The notes beneath the pieces were generated by a model. That model did no database searches. It had not been told where the DNA came from and saw only the letters and a program-made list of their open reading frames with translations. This document shows, piece after piece, positions 34,524 to 42,945 of a DNA stretch of 64,000 nt; position 1 is the first letter of the stretch; each line of letters begins with the position of its first letter. The position numbers were made by a program, and so were the translations under genes. The DNA comes from a virus (taxonomy: Duplodnaviria > Heunggongvirae > Uroviricota > Caudoviricetes), in the IMG/VR virus record IMGVR_UViG_3300021963_008171, positions 10,995 through 74,994 of that record; one strand, 5' to 3'.

Positions 34524-35346
34524 TGATGTGCTTTAATATATTATTTGCAATCTCCTCATGCCCACTATAGCTTGGATGATAATCAACAATTTTACCATTT
34601 GTATCGTGCATAATAGTGTGCTTATCTTTGCGTATTTTATATGATATTCCATTATCGCCATCGGAAATTAAATTTTTTGGCTTCTCGCAACATTTAGGCC
34701 AGTAGTCTTCGTGTAGGATAAAAACATTAAATCCTATATTTAAGAGAATTTCATTTATTTGTATAAATCTCCAAACCTCCCTCTCGTAATATTTTTTGGT
34801 TGATATGAATTCTAAAAAAAAGTCTTGCATTAAATCATACTTTTTTTTAGATAATTTTAAATTTTCATTACGTAAATATTGCCCGGTGTTTGTATAGAGT
34901 AAGGTGTCTTCTCCCCCGTCCTCATAACTCTTGATTATATTATTAATAAAGACGGTTTTTAAGAAATATGGAGATTGATTATCGGGATCATATAAAAAAT
35001 CTCTAGGCTCAATGCACCACCCACCCAGGAGCTTTTGCTGTTTAACTAAGGGGAAGTCATATCTAGCGCTAGTCGATATTTGAATTATGATAATATCGTC
35101 TTTTTTAAAATTATTAAACTCCTTTAATATTCTATCTAAAATAGAATCGTTTGTTGACCCATTTACGCCATAGTTTAAAATATCAAATCCGATTTTTTCT
35201 GCTACATGTTCCGCCCATATTTTTTTTGTTGGATCGATATAATCAAGATATTTTGAATTGTAAAATGATTTAGGATCGCCCGACTTATCCTCTTTGCATC
35301 CGTGTCCCCACGTAAAACTGTCACCAAAAGCCCAGAGTTTACTCAT
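34495..35346 (-). CDS. SGNH/GDSL hydrolase-like protein
   Basis: Block I LWAFGDSFTWGHG and block V-like IVDYHPSYSGHEEIA. Confidence 0.65.
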   Translation of the reverse strand: MSKLWAFGDSFTWGHGCKEDKSGDPKSFYNSKYLDYIDPTKKIWAEHVAEKIGFDILNYGVNGSTNDSILDRILKEFNNFKKDDIIIIQISTSARYDFPLVKQQKLLGGWCIEPRDFLYDPDNQSPYFLKTVFINNIIKSYEDGGEDTLLYTNTGQYLRNENLKLSKKKYDLMQDFFLEFISTKKYYEREVWRFIQINEILLNIGFNVFILHEDYWPKCCEKPKNLISDGDNGISYKIRKDKHTIMHDTNGKIVDYHPSYSGHEEIANNILKHINENINIHKP

Positions 35347-35930
35347 ATTAATTTTTTTTCAAAATTTAAAAAAGAAAACATATTATAATATTTTCTATCC
35401 TCTTTAATCATATTCATCATAATACCATATTGGTCGGGATAAGTACTTTTAATATAATTTTTAATATAATTAGGGCTCCTCCATATATTAAATTCTTTAA
35501 AATTATATCTATCTTTATCGTATGGTTTCATTTTTCCCTCGAGAGATAAAAACAAAGTTAGATCTTTCAGTCTTAAAGCAATCGGCTTTTTATCCTTGGA
35601 TAAATAGGCCTCAAAAATAGTTCTATTCAGAATCCCACACCAGTGTGTTGACCCTAATTCAGAAACAAACAGGTTAATTAATTCTTCCTCCGTAATTCCT
35701 TCCCAGTTACTATGATTGTTCCACAAGCTTAAAATCTCTGTGTGTAGAGCACTATTTAGATGATCCTCAGGGTCTCTTAATATTATAACCCCCCAATTCA
35801 AATTCTTAAATTCGTCCCATCCGGCATCGAGCATAATTACTCCTTTTGTTTCTCCCCCGAAGGATCTTAAATATCTCGTTCCACACTTTAACGGTGTTAT
35901 AAATCTATTATCGATTTGTATTATCGTCAT
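35343..35930 (-). CDS. sulfotransferase-like protein (fourth, divergent)
   Basis: ITPLKCGTRYL resembles the PK.GTT 5'-PSB loop. ILRDPEDHLNSAL resembles the RDP..R..S 3'-PB motif. Confidence 0.45.
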   Translation of the reverse strand: MTIIQIDNRFITPLKCGTRYLRSFGGETKGVIMLDAGWDEFKNLNWGVIILRDPEDHLNSALHTEILSLWNNHSNWEGITEEELINLFVSELGSTHWCGILNRTIFEAYLSKDKKPIALRLKDLTLFLSLEGKMKPYDKDRYNFKEFNIWRSPNYIKNYIKSTYPDQYGIMMNMIKEDRKYYNMFSFLNFEKKLI

Positions 35931-36596
35931 TTAAATACTTTAAAAAATATTCACATTGAACTAATTGGCCTATCTCACCGAATTGATCGTCATTTAGCTC
36001 GTTTTTTGTTTCTTCCTTAATAGTCTGAGCACCAATTTTTTTAAGATGATTGTACAGATCTGTTACATCCCCTCCTATGTAATATGGCTTGTGTATTTTT
36101 TTATCAAACGTCCAATAATAAACTTTAAACCCTATAGATCTAGATAATAGATTAATTAGATTTTCCCAGCTAAATATTTCATCGAGCCACGACTCGTTGA
36201 TCCTATTATCGTGCAATTCCTTTATTGTTGTTAAATTAATACCGCTCAAAAACTCTGGGGTATTCACATGTTTTAATACATACGGTCTAGATGTAACAAC
36301 TCCCCATTATATTGATTAACTATTCTAAAATTTTGAATATCGGACCAACCAATAATGACAATATCTTCTTTCTTAATCGATGCAGAGAGTTTACAGAACC
36401 ACTCAAATATATCATAGTTAGATTGTCCTCCTATAGCATAATTTTTTAAACCAAGATTTAATTTTTCAGAAAGAAGCTCTGACCACGACTTAGGAAATTT
36501 TCCGGACCTGTATTGATTGTAATAATGATATCGACGCTCTTTCGTCTTTCCGAATATAGCGGAAGAATTATCTCCGAATATCCATAAATCGCTCAT
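35908..36596 (-). pseudogene. split SGNH hydrolase paralog (two ORFs, 36273..36596 and 35908..36267, in different frames)
   Basis: The N-terminal piece (LWIFGDNSS...YAIGGQSNYDIFEWF...DIVIIGWSD) parallels the N-terminus of 36593..37291. The C-terminal piece (..DDQFGEIGQLVQCEYFLKYL) parallels DMHFSENGNRQMSEYLYDLI, with the catalytic His position read as Gln. Confidence 0.5.
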
Positions 36597-37291
36597 AGTA
36601 ATTTTACTTTTTTGGTATTATCATAGGATTTAATTAGATCATAAAGATATTCAGACATTTGTCTATTTCCATTTTCACTGAAATGCATATCATAGATTTC
36701 GCCGTTTGTTTCTTCGAATATGGTTTCTATTTTTTGCTTTATCGGCGTAACAAACAATCCTCCTTCTTCCTGTTTAAATGGAGACCAATTAATTATAATA
36801 TTATCCGGATATATGTGATTGATTAATTTAATATATCTATTAATCTCGTCAACATATGGAAGTTCGCACCTATTAACAATTATTTCATTTAATGCGTCCA
36901 CACTAATGTCAGTTAAATAACTTGTATCAGATATTGTGGATATCAACTGCGAATCTTTGTCTTTGTTATTTAAATTATCTGGCCTAATTGTTAAAAAACT
37001 GCCATTCCTTGAAGCTACTCTAAATCTAATCGTAGACGACCATCCGATAATTATGATGTCTTCCCTATCGATTTTATTTAAACTATCAATTATAGAATCC
37101 ATGATGGTATAATTGTCTGCTCCGCCTATTCCCAGGTTTCTAGAAGGCATTCCCAGTTTTGCAGACAAAAAATCAGAAAATACCTTCGGAACATATTTTT
37201 TCCAATTGATATAATCCCTCCTCCATTTTACTAAAAATCGTCCTTCGTTTGTTTCTGAGAACGAATCACCAAAGATCCATAGTTTTGGCAT
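36593..37291 (-). CDS. SGNH/GDSL hydrolase-like protein
   Basis: LWIFGDSFSE, LGIGGADNY and DMHFSENGNRQM (the D-x-H block). Confidence 0.65.
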   Translation of the reverse strand: MPKLWIFGDSFSETNEGRFLVKWRRDYINWKKYVPKVFSDFLSAKLGMPSRNLGIGGADNYTIMDSIIDSLNKIDREDIIIIGWSSTIRFRVASRNGSFLTIRPDNLNNKDKDSQLISTISDTSYLTDISVDALNEIIVNRCELPYVDEINRYIKLINHIYPDNIIINWSPFKQEEGGLFVTPIKQKIETIFEETNGEIYDMHFSENGNRQMSEYLYDLIKSYDNTKKVKLL

Positions 37292-37302
37292 AAAATTACC
37301 AG

Positions 37303-37416
37303 TTAGGAATGCTTATTTCTTATTGCTGTAAATATTGTGCTTAGTATAGCTAAGCAGACAGTTTTGTCTGAAGCCTGTACTTGAGTTGGTGTGGATTTGT
37401 CTAATAATTTTGCCAT
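37303..37416 (-). CDS. possible 37-aa protein with a short hydrophobic segment
   Basis: Not in the track. MAKLLDKSTPTQVQASDKTVCLAILSTIFTAIRNKHS fills the only gap in the minus-strand operon. Confidence 0.3.
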   Translation of the reverse strand: MAKLLDKSTPTQVQASDKTVCLAILSTIFTAIRNKHS

Positions 37417-37424
37417 TTTTTTTA

Positions 37425-38825
37425 TTATTTTTCTGGGACGAAGTTGTGTGTTATTACGCTACCTAGTAGATTAACCCCGGTAATTCCGTTTAAATCTGTA
37501 CCTGCTACAAATACGTCATCAGGCTCTATGTTTATTGTTGTGATATTACCGTTGTACCATTCTAAATTTATTGAATTTATGTCAGCAACAATTTCATCTG
37601 AGATTACAATTGAATCTGTGTCCTCTATATCACTTGCTATTTTGAATTTAACGATGCCTGTGTTTTTTTCCCTAATTAATAGTTTTTCGTTTGGAGTTAC
37701 CAGTGTACTTCCGTTTAATGATCCATTGGAATATTCTATTCTTGGAAGCCAACCCTGAAATGTTGAGGTTAATTTATTAATAACAGATGCTGAAGAATAC
37801 GTGATTAACTCAGATATTGATAAAGATGATGACCAATTTAAACTCTCTGTTGAAAGTTCGTCTTTATTTAAACCTGATATAGAAATAGATTTAATTACAT
37901 CTCCTATATCAATGGAGTTTAAATCAATGGAAATTTCCTGATCTTCTACAATTTTAATAACCTCGTATTCGCTGGGTGTTCCCGTAGAATTCATGGGATT
38001 TGAGAAATACATAGACCTCCATTTATTGTCTAATTTATTATCTGTATATGTTATTTCAGTTTCCGCTAGTGGTACTGTGTTAGAATAAACACATCCCCCC
38101 ATATCAATAATGGTTTCAGCATCCTCTAATAATAGCGTCCATGTTCTGATCACGTTTGAAATTTTCCCATTTTCTAACGTATTTTCGTCAAATCTATATT
38201 CCTGCAGCATACTTGTACCATCTAGTGTAGATTTTAAATTTGACAGATTCGTTTCATTGTCTATTTTATAAAATGCGGGATATTCATTTTTTTCAAAATC
38301 TGGCAGTATTTTTTTAGCTATAACGTTAGGATTTAAACCGTTATCTATTAATTCGTTTAGATTATCAAATGTAACATTATCATCTGGGTGTAAAAGACAC
38401 GTTTTGGGTAAAATTCCCTCATTGTTTGATTCAAATAGCAATTTTACCATTTCAGACTTATCCCTGCAATAAAGATCGTCTATGATGGCAGTTAAATCAT
38501 ATGCGCATCTCAGATAAAATGTACTTTCGTCTACAACTATAGAAGGTGTAGTCAAGCTATTATTTGGAACTACAATTAACTCCAGTATTATGCTGTTATT
38601 GTCACAAAAATCTTGAAACTTAGAAATAGCAGACTGTGAAATGTGCTTTTTTTTGTAAACTAGTATTAGCTTAGTATACGAATTAGACGTCAAATATGTC
38701 ATTAAATTATCCAATTCTAGAAATTCGATAGTTGTGTGAAAAAGATCAACATCTGTGTTTGTTTCTAAGAATTTTATGTCGTTTTCCAATTTTAAAAAAT
38801 CGGATCCTATTAATACTGCTTTCAT
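37425..38825 (-). CDS. hypothetical protein (466 aa)
   Basis: Long ATG ORF inside the minus-strand operon. No recognisable motif. Confidence 0.6.
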   Translation of the reverse strand: MKAVLIGSDFLKLENDIKFLETNTDVDLFHTTIEFLELDNLMTYLTSNSYTKLILVYKKKHISQSAISKFQDFCDNNSIILELIVVPNNSLTTPSIVVDESTFYLRCAYDLTAIIDDLYCRDKSEMVKLLFESNNEGILPKTCLLHPDDNVTFDNLNELIDNGLNPNVIAKKILPDFEKNEYPAFYKIDNETNLSNLKSTLDGTSMLQEYRFDENTLENGKISNVIRTWTLLLEDAETIIDMGGCVYSNTVPLAETEITYTDNKLDNKWRSMYFSNPMNSTGTPSEYEVIKIVEDQEISIDLNSIDIGDVIKSISISGLNKDELSTESLNWSSSLSISELITYSSASVINKLTSTFQGWLPRIEYSNGSLNGSTLVTPNEKLLIREKNTGIVKFKIASDIEDTDSIVISDEIVADINSINLEWYNGNITTINIEPDDVFVAGTDLNGITGVNLLGSVITHNFVPEK

Positions 38826-38835
38826 ATATTGTTTT

Positions 38836-39417
38836 TTATAAATATTTATTTTTTCTCTCCATTATTTTTTCTTTCAATAAAAATGGAATCTTTTCTTCGA
38901 TACTAAAGGTTTCGTCGTTATATAATAGATGAAAATCGTCTAAAAACTCAGTTTTAAAATTGGTAATATTTCCGTACGATAAATACCAGCTATCAATTGT
39001 AACAGATTCATCGTATGTTCTATCCCTATTTTTAACCCTATTAATACACACGTCCAGCGGCGCATATAGCATAAACATTATGGTTTTGTATCCATTAATA
39101 TTCAACTTTTTGCGCTGTTTCCTTATAGAATCTATATATCTACCAACTGTATCGATGACTATATTATCCCCATGGGCTATAGCTTCTAAAAATGTATTAT
39201 AACTAATATCCTTTGCACTCTCGAAAAACTTAGAAGCCTGTCCTGCCTGATCCTCGCTGAAATCTGTTATTTTAACCCCCATCCCCGAGCCTTTTAATAG
39301 TTTTTCGTATGGGATGTCAACATTAATCTTCTTAAAAGAACTAAAATATCTATCGGAAAATGTAGTTTTACCACTTCCCCCAGAGCCACAAACAAAGACT
39401 GCTATCTTATCTTTCAT
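38836..39417 (-). CDS. P-loop NTPase/kinase
   Basis: Walker A motif VFVCGSGGSGKTTFS at the N-terminus. 193 aa, kinase-sized. Confidence 0.6.
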   Translation of the reverse strand: MKDKIAVFVCGSGGSGKTTFSDRYFSSFKKINVDIPYEKLLKGSGMGVKITDFSEDQAGQASKFFESAKDISYNTFLEAIAHGDNIVIDTVGRYIDSIRKQRKKLNINGYKTIMFMLYAPLDVCINRVKNRDRTYDESVTIDSWYLSYGNITNFKTEFLDDFHLLYNDETFSIEEKIPFLLKEKIMERKNKYL

Positions 39418-39874
39418 TTACCCATTTTTTTATTGATTCAATATCCTCATTGTGTTTAATTAGTTCTGGCTCTGTTTCTAGTATCCATAATTTATCCTTT
39501 AGAATAAATTCAGGCTTTAAAACCCTTATTGAGTAACCCCCGGATGATATCGTGTTAAAAATGTTTTCTACGTAATTAACAAACAAGTGAAATTCCCCGC
39601 ATTTGTTTTTATTAAATCCGGTGTATACCTCAAAATTAAATCCAAGATCCTGGTTGACTATTAAATCACCCCGATACAATCTAAATTTCCTTTGTAAAAT
39701 ATTTTCGTAAATGTCCCAATCTTTTTTTAAAATATTAAGATCTATATCAGAAATATCTCTACTTATTACCCCTTGTAGATTTAAGCTTAAAGATCCTCCG
39801 ACAATTATATTACCCTCTGTGATACTGTAAATTTCTTTGAATATCTCCTCGTAGGGTCCGTGTAGTTTAATCAT
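39407..39874 (-). CDS. minimal nucleotidyltransferase (pol-beta-type fold)
   Basis: IVGGSLSLNLQGVISRDISDIDLNI fits hG[GS]x9-13Dh[DE]h. Confidence 0.55.
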   Translation of the reverse strand: MIKLHGPYEEIFKEIYSITEGNIIVGGSLSLNLQGVISRDISDIDLNILKKDWDIYENILQRKFRLYRGDLIVNQDLGFNFEVYTGFNKNKCGEFHLFVNYVENIFNTISSGGYSIRVLKPEFILKDKLWILETEPELIKHNEDIESIKKWVNER

Positions 39875-40422
39875 ATTAATGTCTTTTTAAATCCACCAGA
39901 TCCTTTAAGAGAAACCCAATTGACCAAAGAATATCTGATCCCGCTAATAACAGGGGTTACCCTGTGTGGTGTGTCGGAATAAAAGATCAATAAGGTTCCT
40001 GTGTTAACATTTGGAGTTGTTAAATTACCATTATCGTCTTTGAATTGTAGATATCCCCCGTCATAATCATTATTGAGTACGATTACAACCGAACAATATC
40101 TTTCTCTGTAGACATCGTCTGAAGAATCTGTATGCCAATTATAATATTCATCGGGTTTGTATTCAGTAAATTGATATCTACCTAGATTTGTTAATTCGTG
40201 TCCCTTAACATTCATGGTTTTTCTTAGAATTTCCTTTAATCTATCATCTAAACCATCAATCTTATCTATAAATCCCACTGATGATTTTCTAGCGTTAGAA
40301 ATACCAGAATTTGCCACTTTTGCTGCGGTTAGATTCAATTCAGTTTTATACTTTATTATACATTCGAAACATTCATCCTCTGTTAAAAATCCACAAAAAA
40401 CTTGAACGTTCCTATTCATCAT
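39871..40422 (-). CDS. 2OG-Fe(II) oxygenase (P4H-like)
   Basis: HxD in NWHTDSSDD, the distal His in DTPHRVTPV, Arg in IRYSLVNWV, and VVIVLNNDYDGGYLQF. Confidence 0.75.
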   Translation of the reverse strand: MMNRNVQVFCGFLTEDECFECIIKYKTELNLTAAKVANSGISNARKSSVGFIDKIDGLDDRLKEILRKTMNVKGHELTNLGRYQFTEYKPDEYYNWHTDSSDDVYRERYCSVVIVLNNDYDGGYLQFKDDNGNLTTPNVNTGTLLIFYSDTPHRVTPVISGIRYSLVNWVSLKGSGGFKKTLI

Positions 40423-40633
40423 TCATCTTTTTTAGTCCGTATTTAATACATTTGTACCATATTCTTTCGTGCAAATAGTATTGAATGGGTTTCCACAGGA
40501 GCTCTGCAACACCAAAGGCTGCCCCAATCTTTATTGATCCGGTTACTATCCACATTGTTAAAAATCCAATCGTAGTACTAAGCACCCTATAGCTAATTGT
40601 TTTTGCTATGTGTCTCTTTTTCTCTACTATCAT
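40412..40633 (-). CDS. DUF2061-type small membrane protein
   Basis: RHIAKTISYRVLSTTIGFLTMWIVTGS...ELLWKPIQYYLHERIW matches the R..KT.sYR...Yy.HER.W pattern as remembered. Confidence 0.6.
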   Translation of the reverse strand: MIVEKKRHIAKTISYRVLSTTIGFLTMWIVTGSIKIGAAFGVAELLWKPIQYYLHERIWYKCIKYGLKKMNDE

Positions 40634-40653
40634 ATATTATATGTGTATAAAAA

Positions 40654-41031
40654 CTATCCTTTGCTTACGTCATATTTTATAGACCCATCAGCTGACATAT
40701 GACCAGTTCTTATAGCAGTACCGCTTATTGCTCCTACCTCTGCTGGCGGTTCATGGTAAATCACATCATATCCTACTCCCCTTCCATAATTAACACTTTC
40801 TATATCAGGTATAACGGAGATAAAAAGTCTCCCGGTTTGTAAATAATCGTTCAGTTCGATTTTTAATTCATCAAAAACTTGCAATGCAGATTTTGGATTG
40901 TTTTCGTCTTGCGGTACGTCTCTAATTGCGACCCAGACATTCTTCCCCTGACTAAATTGCTGATCTATTAACCACTGGTGTCCTTTGTGCCAGTTTTGCC
41001 ATCTTCCGATGTATAACGCGTATTTTTTCAT
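40654..41031 (-). CDS. minimal HxGH-type nucleotidyltransferase (cytidylyltransferase-like superfamily)
   Basis: YIGRWQNWHKGHQWLI carries the (H/T)xGH motif, and ISGTAIR matches the ISxTxxR motif. 125 aa. 4-nt overlap with the APS-kinase gene. Confidence 0.65.
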   Translation of the reverse strand: MKKYALYIGRWQNWHKGHQWLIDQQFSQGKNVWVAIRDVPQDENNPKSALQVFDELKIELNDYLQTGRLFISVIPDIESVNYGRGVGYDVIYHEPPAEVGAISGTAIRTGHMSADGSIKYDVSKG

Positions 41032-41465
41032 ATAGATTCTAGACCCAAAATACTGATAAGTTCCTCGAACGATTCATTCAGATCATCACCATTTACAAAT
41101 GCCTTATAATTATCAACGGGCAGCTCAAATGCTTGTACATGGAGTTTATCCTTTCCTGAGAAATGCGGCCTATTAAACAGTATCTCAGTGACCTCGTTAT
41201 TCGCTTTTAAATCCTCCCTAATTGCACGATAAGGACAAACCATACTTATCACTACATCATATCCTTTTTGGCTCATAAAACGAGCTATTGTAAAGGATCT
41301 TTCTATGTTTCTAATTCTCCCCGAATATGAATAATCAGTATTTGGAAATATCTCTCTTAAATCGTCGCCGTCTATCCAAATTGTTTTTTCGCCCAATCTT
41401 TCTACGAGCATACTAGACATTTGGGTTTTTCCTGTGCCAGGCTGCCCGATAAACAAATAAATCAT
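41028..41465 (-). CDS. cysC: adenylyl-sulfate (APS) kinase-like
   Basis: IYLFIGQPGTGKTQMSS...IWIDGDDLREIFPNTDYSYSGRIRNIERSFTIARFMSQKGYDVVISMVCPYRAIRE aligns with E. coli CysC LWFTGLSGSGKSTVAG...[53 protein letters not shown]. The lid region appears shortened. Confidence 0.7.
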   Translation of the reverse strand: MIYLFIGQPGTGKTQMSSMLVERLGEKTIWIDGDDLREIFPNTDYSYSGRIRNIERSFTIARFMSQKGYDVVISMVCPYRAIREDLKANNEVTEILFNRPHFSGKDKLHVQAFELPVDNYKAFVNGDDLNESFEELISILGLESI

Positions 41466-41476
41466 ATATTTTTAAA

Positions 41477-41593
41477 TTAATGGTTATATGTGAACGGATC
41501 TCTTTTTCTGATCTCCTCTATTTTCTTCATGAACTCCTTCTTTTTCCTTCTTTTTTCGAAGTAATCCTTGATCCAGTTTAGTATCTTTTTCAT
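41477..41593 (-). CDS. possible 38-aa very basic protein at the head of the minus-strand operon
   Basis: Not in the track. MKKILNWIKDYFEKRRKKKEFMKKIEEIRKRDPFTYNH, with ATG 41593 and TAA 41477-41479. Confidence 0.3.
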   Translation of the reverse strand: MKKILNWIKDYFEKRRKKKEFMKKIEEIRKRDPFTYNH

Positions 41594-41694
41594 CTTAATA
41601 GTTATATTGATTATATATTTTAAGTTTCCCCCTTCCTGGCGGTAACTATTTCGGAATTTTATCCAATTTTACTCTAAAATATTAAAATAGAAAT

Positions 41695-42918
41695 ATGGTT
41701 TGGAATTACCAAGATACAGTGCTAGTTCATGTGGAACTTTCCAATCTTTGCAATGCTGCTTGTCCCCTTTGCCCAAGATATGTAAACAATTCGTTAAGGG
41801 TCAATCCAGAATTGGACTTGGGCAGCGTTTCTTTTGAGGATTTTAAAAAATGGTTCCCTCTAGAATTTGTACAAAAAAGTAAAGGATGGATATTCTGCGG
41901 TACTAATGGCGACCCCATGATGGCTAGAGACGTGTATGAGATATTAGAATATGTTCTCAGAAATTCGACTGCTAAGGTCCAGGTCAACACTAACGGTTCC
42001 ATAAGAGACGGGGAATTTTGGGAAAAAATAGGATCTTTATTTGCCGAGCCCTGTGAAAATAGCAGATATGTTGTTTTCTCTGTTGATGGACTGGAGGACA
42101 CGAACCACATCTACAGAAGAAACGTGAAATGGGAGAGGGTGATGGAAAATATGAGAGCCTATGCAAAATCAGGATCTACTGGTATTTGGGACTTTCTAAT
42201 ATTCAAGCACAATGAGCATCAGCTAGAGGAGGCTGAGCTTCTCTGCAAAGAAATAGGTCTAGCATTTTCTCCAAAAAGACCCTTTGGGTTTGAAACGGGA
42301 AATCCTGATGAATACCAGGACTTAATGGTTTATGACATGGAAGGAAATTTTTTATACAAGATAGAGCCGGCCAGCGAGGAGTGGAGATTAAATAGATCCA
42401 TGAATAAATTTGAGAGAGGAGAGGAAAAAATATGGATTCCGGGAAAGGGGAAAAGAACAGATGATGAAATCAAAGAAAAGTGGAATGGACTGATCGAGAG
42501 GGATCTTCCTAAATATAAATTCCCGGAAAGATTCAAAGAAAAATCAGTTAGTTGCAAATCTTGCCATCCTATCGGGAAGGAAATTTATGTTGATTGTAAG
42601 GGAAATGTTATGCCTTGCTGCTTTGTTGGAACAATGTACAACAGTGACTTTCAACACCACGAGGCATTACAGATAAAAAAACATTTATGGGACTGGGGAT
42701 TGGATAAAATAAATCTGAATAATCATTCTCTCAAAGATATACTAGATAGCAAATATCTAGATGAGGTTTTTGCCAACCGCTGGGAAGGAGCTAAGGATGA
42801 GGATAAAATGGGATATTGCTTTAACACATGCTCGGTTGATCACATGAAAGATCTTTTTGTCAGAAAGGAAAATCTACCAATTTCTTCAGAAAAATCAGGC
42901 AAAAAAAGTCTTATCTAG
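41695..42918 (+). CDS. radical SAM enzyme with a Cys-rich (SPASM/twitch-like) C-terminal region
   Basis: CxxxCxxC in LSNLCNAACPLCPRY. The C-terminal region has CKSCHP...CKGNVMPCCF...CFNTC. Confidence 0.75.
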   Translation: MVWNYQDTVLVHVELSNLCNAACPLCPRYVNNSLRVNPELDLGSVSFEDFKKWFPLEFVQKSKGWIFCGTNGDPMMARDVYEILEYVLRNSTAKVQVNTNGSIRDGEFWEKIGSLFAEPCENSRYVVFSVDGLEDTNHIYRRNVKWERVMENMRAYAKSGSTGIWDFLIFKHNEHQLEEAELLCKEIGLAFSPKRPFGFETGNPDEYQDLMVYDMEGNFLYKIEPASEEWRLNRSMNKFERGEEKIWIPGKGKRTDDEIKEKWNGLIERDLPKYKFPERFKEKSVSCKSCHPIGKEIYVDCKGNVMPCCFVGTMYNSDFQHHEALQIKKHLWDWGLDKINLNNHSLKDILDSKYLDEVFANRWEGAKDEDKMGYCFNTCSVDHMKDLFVRKENLPISSEKSGKKSLI

Positions 42919-42933
42919 GGACATTTTTTGGGC

Positions 42934-42944
42934 GATATATAAAA
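42934..42944 (+). promoter_or_regulatory. GATATATAAAA motif
   Basis: Ends 1 nt before ATG 42946. Confidence 0.35.
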
Positions 42945-42945
42945 T

